Below are positions 57,964 through 64,000 of a stretch of DNA of 64,000 nucleotides, piece after piece. Origin of the DNA: a virus (lineage: Duplodnaviria; Caudoviricetes); the IMG/VR virus record IMGVR_UViG_3300033068_001747, one strand, 5' to 3'. The notes below the pieces were generated by a model. The model did no database searches and had not been told where the DNA came from. It worked only from the letters and a program-made list of their open reading frames with translations. The translations under genes were made by a program, and so were the position numbers. Positions within the stretch are counted from its first letter, which is position 1, and the number at the start of each line of letters is the position of its first letter.

Positions 57964-58763
57964 TATTTCTCTTTATTTTTATATATGGAATATGGATCCC
58001 ATTTCTCATCATACCAAAAAGTTCTACCTGTATTATCTTTACAAGATAAACCTTTCTGATAAAAAACCCACTTCTTAAATTCTTCATAATCAGAATCAAA
58101 TGGATTAGTCCAATCTGACAACTGACCACCATTTAAGGTATAAGCTTTAATCGGAATATCTCTACAAAAGTCTAATATATCTGGATTCTCCATAATAATA
58201 GTTCTAGCACATTCAAATGGGTTTACATTTATGTAATAAAGAATTGTAGAACGTAAATAATTACCAATTCCATTGAAATACTTTTGATCTAAAAGAGCTT
58301 CACAAATTGGTTTATCAAATGCTTTTAGTTTTAAGTTTACTAAAACATTTCTTTTAAATTCATCAAATTGTTTAGTAGGATCTGGTCCACGTTTTACACC
58401 AGTAAAAGCACCTAATCGGTATTTTGGTCCCATATATGAACCATAAAGTAATAAAGAATTACCATCATCTGTATCTAACCTCATTCTAACAAACTTGGTA
58501 TCATTCCAATTTTCAGTGGGAACAAATTTCCAATTTCCAGACATACCCATAAATACAGAGAAGTCTAATGTTTTTGTATCATTTTTAGTTTTTAACTGTA
58601 GTTCTTTACCAAAAGAATTGGCGACTACTTCAAAATTTTCAATCAACTCTGAGTCGATTGGGTTATTACCTTTTTCAACGTGATATAATTTTGTAAACTT
58701 TCTTTCTTTTGAATGATGATTTATATAATCACTCATAATTCGTAACTCAGGTCCTTCAGGCAT
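57963..58763 (-). CDS. Fpg/Nei DNA glycosylase, NEIL1-like (zincless finger)
   Basis: MPEGPE, GKEL, GMSG, H2TH LLDQKYFNGIGNYLR, GRTFWY, no C4 zinc finger. Confidence 0.9.
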   Translation of the reverse strand: MPEGPELRIMSDYINHHSKERKFTKLYHVEKGNNPIDSELIENFEVVANSFGKELQLKTKNDTKTLDFSVFMGMSGNWKFVPTENWNDTKFVRMRLDTDDGNSLLLYGSYMGPKYRLGAFTGVKRGPDPTKQFDEFKRNVLVNLKLKAFDKPICEALLDQKYFNGIGNYLRSTILYYINVNPFECARTIIMENPDILDFCRDIPIKAYTLNGGQLSDWTNPFDSDYEEFKKWVFYQKGLSCKDNTGRTFWYDEKWDPYSIYKNKEK

Positions 58764-58930
58764 ATTCTTTTTATTTTTTCTCTTCGTTTATTTTTTCTCA
58801 TATTTTTCTTAGCTAACTTCTTTAATCTATAAGCCATAACATGATAAGACGATAATGTTTCATCATCTAAATATGTTTTATCACCTATCAGATCAAGATG
58901 ATCAATTATTACTGGTTTATATTCTTTCAT
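58733..58930 (-). CDS. Small basic protein, variant C-terminal motif
   Basis: KRREKIKRICLK. Confidence 0.5.
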   Translation of the reverse strand: MKEYKPVIIDHLDLIGDKTYLDDETLSSYHVMAYRLKKLAKKNMRKNKRREKIKRICLKDLSYEL

Positions 58931-59373
58931 TTGAATAAATCTTTTATTATAAAATCTCTTTTAATACTTAATGGTAATAAGTTTATAATTTGTTTTTTAC
59001 TAACTATCTTAGCGGCTGTACCAAAACTACCATTAAAGTTATATAATTCGGTTAAATCATTTCTCAATGAGAATCCATATGCAGTTTTCTTAGTTTTATT
59101 AAAATTATCTTGTAAATAAACCTTATCAACTACATTATTTCTAACCATAATCCAAATTATATATTGTTCATTAAATACCAATTTCCAATGTGAATCTTGT
59201 TTTGGATGTATTTTTTTTTCTTTTACCTGAACATACCTACCTGTTTTATTATCAATTACATGCTTAGTAGTATGATCATCCAGTATCATAGCTTCTCCAT
59301 CATTATATGGATTTGGCTTATGAAAAGGTATTTTAGTAAATCCTAACTCTCGTAACTTTTTAGTTGCATTCAT
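58927..59373 (-). CDS. Hypothetical protein with C-terminal RD-motif
   Basis: Ends KRDFIIKDLFK; TATATTTG at 59378-85 ends 4 nt before the ATG. Confidence 0.65.
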   Translation of the reverse strand: MNATKKLRELGFTKIPFHKPNPYNDGEAMILDDHTTKHVIDNKTGRYVQVKEKKIHPKQDSHWKLVFNEQYIIWIMVRNNVVDKVYLQDNFNKTKKTAYGFSLRNDLTELYNFNGSFGTAAKIVSKKQIINLLPLSIKRDFIIKDLFK

Positions 59374-59392
59374 AAAACAAATATAGTAATAA

Positions 59393-60040
59393 TTATATAA
59401 AAATTAAATTATTTCGCTTAATATCTCTATTAATTTTACTACAAAGTGGACGTAAGTTTGTATAATGATTTAATTTAATTATATCTTCCTCTGTTTTAGC
59501 AGAGGATATGGGTATAATGTGATCTATATCCCAACCATAATTAAACTCTCCATTATATAAACCTCTATTTTCCCAAGTCATCCAACACTCAAATTTACCT
59601 TCTATATAAATCATAAATTCTGTAACACTACAACCTAATATAAATTCAGTCTTTGAATTTTTTCTAATACCTTTTCTCTTAAAAGAATTACTTACTAAAT
59701 TTCTAGCTAACTTATTAAATCTAAAAAAATCATCTTTAATTTTCTCTCTGTATTCAATTCTTCTTTTCTCTTTATTCTCTTCCTTTTCTCTATATTTTTT
59801 AAGATAAAGTATTTTCTCCTCTCTATTAATGATACTATACTCCTTTACTTTACTTAATTTATATTCTCTATTATTTCTATACTTCTCCTTCTCCTTCTCA
59901 CTATCATAGTACTTTTCTTTATTATATAGATTATGACAGGTTTTACAATTTGGTCTAATACCATCTTTATACTTTTTACCAATCGGAAATAAATCAAAAC
60001 TCTTTTCAATATTACATGTCTTACATACCTTTGTTAACAT
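59393..60040 (-). CDS. HNH endonuclease with N-terminal Zn finger
   Basis: CKTC...CKTC; WDIDHIIPIS...NHYTNLRPLC...N. Confidence 0.85.
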   Translation of the reverse strand: MLTKVCKTCNIEKSFDLFPIGKKYKDGIRPNCKTCHNLYNKEKYYDSEKEKEKYRNNREYKLSKVKEYSIINREEKILYLKKYREKEENKEKRRIEYREKIKDDFFRFNKLARNLVSNSFKRKGIRKNSKTEFILGCSVTEFMIYIEGKFECWMTWENRGLYNGEFNYGWDIDHIIPISSAKTEEDIIKLNHYTNLRPLCSKINRDIKRNNLIFI

Positions 60041-60170
60041 TTTCTAATTTTATTTTTTCTCTTCTAATATATTTTTTCTCACAAGATTTACAATTTCTAT
60101 TACAGAATTTTTTATTTGGTCTACCTATAATATTATTATAACAGTTTCTATACTCACACTTTCTATCCAT
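60021..60170 (-). CDS. Small Zn-finger protein (49 aa)
   Basis: MDRKCEYRNC...RPNKKFCNRNCK, overlapping the HNH start. Confidence 0.55.
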   Translation of the reverse strand: MDRKCEYRNCYNNIIGRPNKKFCNRNCKSCEKKYIRREKIKLENVNKGM

Positions 60171-60184
60171 ATACTATATATAAA

Positions 60185-60212
60185 TAAACTTGTCCTACCT
60201 TTTTAATATAAA
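60185..60212 (+). promoter_or_regulatory. TAAAC-N17-TATAAA promoter
   Basis: Upstream of trxB. Confidence 0.45.
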
Positions 60213-60226
60213 TTAAAAAAAGATGT

Positions 60227-61156
60227 ATGGAAAAAGTTAAATGTATTATTATAGGATCAGGACCTGCAGGGTATACCGCCGCAATTTATGCAGCAAGAGC
60301 AAATATGAAACCTGTTTTATATCAAGGGATGCAACCTGGTGGACAACTAACAACAACTAATGAAGTTGAAAATTATCCTGGATTTCCAAATGGAATAACA
60401 GGACCAGAAATGATGCAACAATTTGAGGAACAAGCTAAACGATTTGGAACAGATATAAGAGATGGTTTTGTAACTAAAGTAGATTTTAGTGGAGACATTA
60501 AAAAAGTCTTTGTAAACGAAAAAGAAATACATTGTGATACTGTTATCATATCTACAGGAGCCACTGCTAAGTACTTAGGATTAGAATCAGAACAAAAATA
60601 CCTTACTTTAGGTGGAGGTGTTAGTGCTTGTGCTATTTGTGATGGATTCTTTTACAAAGGTTTAGATGTAGTTGTAGTTGGAGCAGGGGATTCTGCTTGT
60701 GAAGAAGCTCACTACTTATCAAAAATCTGTAATAAAGTAACTATGTTAGTAAGAAGTGATTTTAGAGCTTCTAAGATTATGGTTGATAGAGTTAGAAATA
60801 CTGAGAATATAGAAATACTTTTAAATACTGAAACTATAGAAGTTTGTGGTGACGGTCAAGTAGTAAATAAAATCATTGTTAAGAATAGTAAAACTGAAGA
60901 AGTATCTGAAATACCTGCAGCTGGATTCTTTTTAGCGATTGGTCATAAACCAAACACAGATATATTTAAAGATTATTTAAAATTAGATTCTGTTGGATAT
61001 ATTGTTACTGAACCAGGAAGTACAAAAACAAATGTAGCAGGAGTATTTGCGGCAGGTGATGTTGCGGATCATGTTTATAGACAAGCTATTACTGCTGCAG
61101 GAACAGGTTGTATGGCCGCTTTAGATGCAGAAAGATACTTAGCAAGTTTGGAATAG
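60227..61156 (+). CDS. trxB: Thioredoxin reductase
   Basis: GSGPAGYTAA, GGQL, CAICDG, GAGDSA, GVFAAGDV, RQAITAAG.G. Confidence 0.96.
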   Translation: MEKVKCIIIGSGPAGYTAAIYAARANMKPVLYQGMQPGGQLTTTNEVENYPGFPNGITGPEMMQQFEEQAKRFGTDIRDGFVTKVDFSGDIKKVFVNEKEIHCDTVIISTGATAKYLGLESEQKYLTLGGGVSACAICDGFFYKGLDVVVVGAGDSACEEAHYLSKICNKVTMLVRSDFRASKIMVDRVRNTENIEILLNTETIEVCGDGQVVNKIIVKNSKTEEVSEIPAAGFFLAIGHKPNTDIFKDYLKLDSVGYIVTEPGSTKTNVAGVFAAGDVADHVYRQAITAAGTGCMAALDAERYLASLE

Positions 61157-61160
61157 TAAA

Positions 61161-61610
61161 ATATATTTTGTAATTTTACATAAAGGCTCGTTCGCACCCA
61201 TGCACATAGGCCACTTAAATATAATTGAAAAAGCTGAAAGAATTTTCGGTAAAGGAAATGTTATAGTTGCAATTGGAGTAAATCCCGATAAAAACTATTT
61301 AGAAAGACAAGATCCAAAAGAACTTGAAAAGACTATAAATCGTCCTGTTATTACTTATGCTAAGTTTCTACACGAACTTGTAGAAGATTATGAGAAAGAA
61401 GGTTTAAAAGTAGTTATAATCAGAGGATTAAGAAATGGTACTGATTTAGATTATGAAGTAAATCAATTTAGATTTATAAACGACTTTAAGAAAGATATAA
61501 ACGTAGTTTATATTACTTGTGACCAAGAATTTGAACATATTTCTTCTTCTGCAATTAGAAAGATTGAACAATTTGGTGGACCAGATATGGTAAAAAAATA
61601 TCTTTTATAA
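61161..61610 (+). CDS. coaD: Phosphopantetheine adenylyltransferase-like protein; start codon uncertain
   Basis: GSFAPMHIGH, IIRGLRN..D..YE, HISSSAIR; homology extends upstream of the first ATG (61200). Confidence 0.7.
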   Translation: MYFVILHKGSFAPMHIGHLNIIEKAERIFGKGNVIVAIGVNPDKNYLERQDPKELEKTINRPVITYAKFLHELVEDYEKEGLKVVIIRGLRNGTDLDYEVNQFRFINDFKKDINVVYITCDQEFEHISSSAIRKIEQFGGPDMVKKYLL

Positions 61611-61813
61611 TGGTAGATTATATCGGTTGGTGTGAAGAATGTGCGGAGTTTAAAACTATAGTGATAGATACTGAAAAAAATTATAAAACTTCATATCACG
61701 AAGCAACATTTATGTGTAGTGAATGTACACAAAAACAAATAATAGAGAAAAGAGATAAAAAATTAAACCAGTTACTAAAACGTAGCTGGTTTGATAAATT
61801 ATTTAGAAATTAG
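61610..61813 (+). CDS. Small Zn-ribbon protein with RD-motif
   Basis: CEEC...CSEC; KRDKKLNQLLK. Confidence 0.6.
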   Translation: MVDYIGWCEECAEFKTIVIDTEKNYKTSYHEATFMCSECTQKQIIEKRDKKLNQLLKRSWFDKLFRN

Positions 61814-62252
61814 CAAATCTTTTAATTCTTTTTAGAAGGGTATCAGGTGTTTTATCTGTAACAGTTATATCAATAACCCTAATCATACCTGGTTTTATTT
61901 TATCCTTAACTATAGAATTAAGTGAGTGACCAATCCAGGCTTGTTGTGTAGAATATGAACCATATTTGACTCCTTTCGAGTATTCATAGAAATAAATTCT
62001 TGAAACATCATAGTCTTTATCAAGCCTTTTAAGAAAAGGAATAATATAATCCTTTACATTATCCCAATTAAATAGTTTATCGTTAGTATGTAAAGGTAGA
62101 TTTCTTTCATTAGGATTATTAGAAATAATAACTGAAAACGTATTCTTTTTATCTTCACCTGTCATAACTACCTCAACTTGAAAGTCTTCTTGATCTAATA
62201 AATAAGCTAGATTTGTCTCACAATAATCTATAAGTTCATCCCATTTTCTCAC
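61803..62252 (-). CDS. Paralog family A protein lacking the N-terminal tag
   Basis: YCETNLAYLLDQ...FNWDNVKDYIIPFL; GTG start. Confidence 0.65.
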   Translation of the reverse strand: MRKWDELIDYCETNLAYLLDQEDFQVEVVMTGEDKKNTFSVIISNNPNERNLPLHTNDKLFNWDNVKDYIIPFLKRLDKDYDVSRIYFYEYSKGVKYGSYSTQQAWIGHSLNSIVKDKIKPGMIRVIDITVTDKTPDTLLKRIKRFANF

Positions 62253-62254
62253 AA

Positions 62255-63313
62255 TTAAACATTTCTTTTATTTGAAAGATAATCAGTATAATTTGCTACA
62301 ATTGAATTTACTTTTTTGAAGTCACGTGGAGTTTTACCAGTAAAATCAACATCTAAGTAAAATAAAAATTCAAAGAAATCTAAATTATATTTATTTATAT
62401 CTCTTACAAGATTTTTATTATTTAAAACCTGAATTATTTTTTCTTGTGTGATTTTATCATTCATATCTTTTAGATAACCGTTCTTGATCATCCATTTTTT
62501 TAGACCGTGAAATCTAACATAAACCTCCGCAGGTGAAGTTAAATACTTAGTATCTTTTTTATCATCAAACATTCCAGAAAACTGATTTTTGAAATCATCT
62601 TCTGCCTCTTTAAATACCTTTTTACCTTCTTCATCATGAACATCCTCATATTTAACATCCACTGCTAATTCAACTAATTTTCTAGAGTAAAAGTCAATTT
62701 TTTCTTGTAATCTTTTCTTACCTTCAGGAGTTCCTAATACAATGTCCTTATCTAAAATATCAACTATATTTGTAAGTTCACTATAATCTTGACTATCAAA
62801 TTCATCACCTCCTAAAATATCATCAACTAAATGTCTAAGTTCATGAATAATGATATGAGGTGCAGCAAATGAACTAAGTTTCTTCTCATCAATTATAATT
62901 GCAGTAACTAATTGCATTTTCTCATTAAAGTGTCTAAAGTAACAAGCCATAGTACCTTCATTCTCACCAATTATCTCCATTGTCTTACTATCAACACAAA
63001 CAAACTTTATATCTTTAACAATAGATATGACTTTTTGTTTTTTGATAGAGTCAATATTATTAGTTGTTTCAATATCTTTGATTAGTTCTGCTCTAATCTT
63101 TTCAATAAAAGCACTCTCACTTTTTGAAGGTTGATTATTTATATCGTTTATTGTAGCATCTATTTCCTTACCTGTCATATGAGGTAAAGTTTTCTTACCA
63201 AAATAATGATTTATCCCAATTGCAATAGCTAATCCAACAATAAGTTGTTTCCAGGTTACTTCAACCTCGTTTTTTTCATTGAGTAACTCCTCACTAGATT
63301 TAATATGCTTCAT
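62255..63313 (-). CDS. Tagged, membrane-anchored zincin metallopeptidase-like protein
   Basis: MKHIKSSEELLNE at 63313; TM LIVGLAIAIGI; HELRH; downstream PAEVYVR. Confidence 0.65.
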   Translation of the reverse strand: MKHIKSSEELLNEKNEVEVTWKQLIVGLAIAIGINHYFGKKTLPHMTGKEIDATINDINNQPSKSESAFIEKIRAELIKDIETTNNIDSIKKQKVISIVKDIKFVCVDSKTMEIIGENEGTMACYFRHFNEKMQLVTAIIIDEKKLSSFAAPHIIIHELRHLVDDILGGDEFDSQDYSELTNIVDILDKDIVLGTPEGKKRLQEKIDFYSRKLVELAVDVKYEDVHDEEGKKVFKEAEDDFKNQFSGMFDDKKDTKYLTSPAEVYVRFHGLKKWMIKNGYLKDMNDKITQEKIIQVLNNKNLVRDINKYNLDFFEFLFYLDVDFTGKTPRDFKKVNSIVANYTDYLSNKRNV

Positions 63314-63337
63314 AGTGTATATATTAAAATTTATTAT

Positions 63338-63345
63338 TATATTTG
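63338..63345 (+). promoter_or_regulatory. TATATTTG host-sigma promoter for leuS
   Basis: 31 nt upstream of ATG 63377. Confidence 0.55.
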
Positions 63346-63376
63346 CAACTAAACTTGAATTAAAAATATAAATAAA

Positions 63377-64000
63377 ATGAATGATAATTATAAATACGTA
63401 ACTGTTATGTTTCCCTACCCTTCTGGTAGTGGATTGCATTGTGGACACTGGTACAATTATGCAATTATAGATAGTTACTGTAGATACTTGAGATATAAAG
63501 GTGAACAAGTTTTTCAACCATTTGGTTATGACTCATTTGGTTTACCTGCAGAAAACTACGCGAAAAAAGTGGGTAGAGACCCACGAGAAGTTACTTACGA
63601 AAATATAGAAAACTTTAGAGGACAGATGAAAAACATGGACACTCAATATGAGGAAATGTTGATTACTTCTGATCCTAACTACATTGAATACACACAATGG
63701 TTGTTTAAACAATTGTATGATAAAGGATTGGCTTATAAAAAAGATGGTGAAGTTGACTTTTGTAATAGTTGTGAAACCGTATTGGCTAGAGAACAAGTAA
63801 AAGATGGTAAATGTGATAGATGTTCAAATGAAGTTGAAAAGAAAACATTGAACCAATGGTATTTTAAAATCACTGATTATAAAGAAAGATTGATTGCAGG
63901 TTTGGACCATATAGATTTCCCTGAATCTACCAAGAAAGCTCAAAGAAATTGGTTGGAAAACCAACATGATTGGTGTGTATCAAGACAAAGAAGTTGGGGT
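63377..64000 (+). CDS. leuS: Leucyl-tRNA synthetase lacking the CP1 editing domain (partial, runs off the right edge)
   Basis: Manual translation: MFPYPSGSGLHCGH, GYDSFGLPAENYA, TQWLF, CNSCETVLAREQV...CDRC, QWYFKITDY, QRNWLENQHDWCVSRQRSWG. Confidence 0.9.
   Translation, partial: MNDNYKYVTVMFPYPSGSGLHCGHWYNYAIIDSYCRYLRYKGEQVFQPFGYDSFGLPAENYAKKVGRDPREVTYENIENFRGQMKNMDTQYEEMLITSDPNYIEYTQWLFKQLYDKGLAYKKDGEVDFCNSCETVLAREQVKDGKCDRCSNEVEKKTLNQWYFKITDYKERLIAGLDHIDFPESTKKAQRNWLENQHDWCVSRQRSWG

Noticed and set aside
44538-63517. Long N-terminal extensions in the ORF track (44538, 50876, 54381, 55798, 63517; also 5889, 22564, 30915-, 36281)
   Set aside because: The extensions run through promoters, terminators or neighbouring genes; downstream ATGs match the motif starts.
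5182-63796. Many short antisense or off-frame ORFs in the track (e.g. 5182, 5774, 8285, 9319, 10695, 49504, 56081, 63542)
   Set aside because: They lie within well-supported genes and have no motifs or promoters of their own.
1-64000. Alternative genetic code (TAG or TGA recoding, as in some Bacteroidetes megaphages)
   Set aside because: Conserved genes are full length in code 11, and TAG ends genes at their expected C-termini (trxB, gp52).
1-64000. Bacterial chromosome origin suggested by nusA, clpP, trxB, folA and aaRS genes
   Set aside because: These genes are interspersed with sheath, tube, terminase, gp47 and gp52 genes, lack bacterial operon context and share phage promoter motifs.
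1-64000. CRISPR array or rRNA
   Set aside because: No regularly spaced repeat-spacer series or rRNA-like tract seen.

Overview
This is a 64 kb, AT-rich, densely coding segment of a very large T4-related myophage (jumbo phage) using the standard genetic code. The host is almost certainly in Bacteroidetes/Flavobacteriia: TAnnTTTG promoters, Bacteroidetes-type NusA/ClpP/ClpS, DUF6576-like tails and Q-rule signal peptides all point there. Virion and packaging genes: a >1550 aa baseplate-wedge-like protein, tail tube, gp26-like hub/chaperone pair, a 1372 aa sheath and head-to-head small/large terminases. DNA metabolism: gp47/Mre11 nuclease, gp52 topoisomerase subunit, C5 methylase, NEIL1-like glycosylase, and HNH, LAGLIDADG and GIY-YIG nucleases. 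Translation and RNA repair: a CAU tRNA, a shortened ArgRS, an AsnRS-like catalytic core, a LeuRS with no editing domain, RlaP and HAD_SAK proteins. Also ClpP, ClpS, NusA, DHFR, TrxB and CoaD. The most striking pattern is an apparent two-tag protein sorting code matched to promoter class. About 20 mostly unrelated genes in TTAATATATA (late-type) units begin with an MKYLKLFE-like peptide resembling a capsid-targeting/prohead-protease signal. About 15-17 other unrelated small genes, mostly in TAnnTTTG (host-sigma, often leaderless) operons, end in a shared R-[DEN]-x-K-[IL]-x-x-[IL]-[LG] helix. No protein carries both tags. A third promoter class (TAAAC-N17/18-TAnAA) precedes metabolic genes. All calls come from reading motifs by eye; no searches were run.
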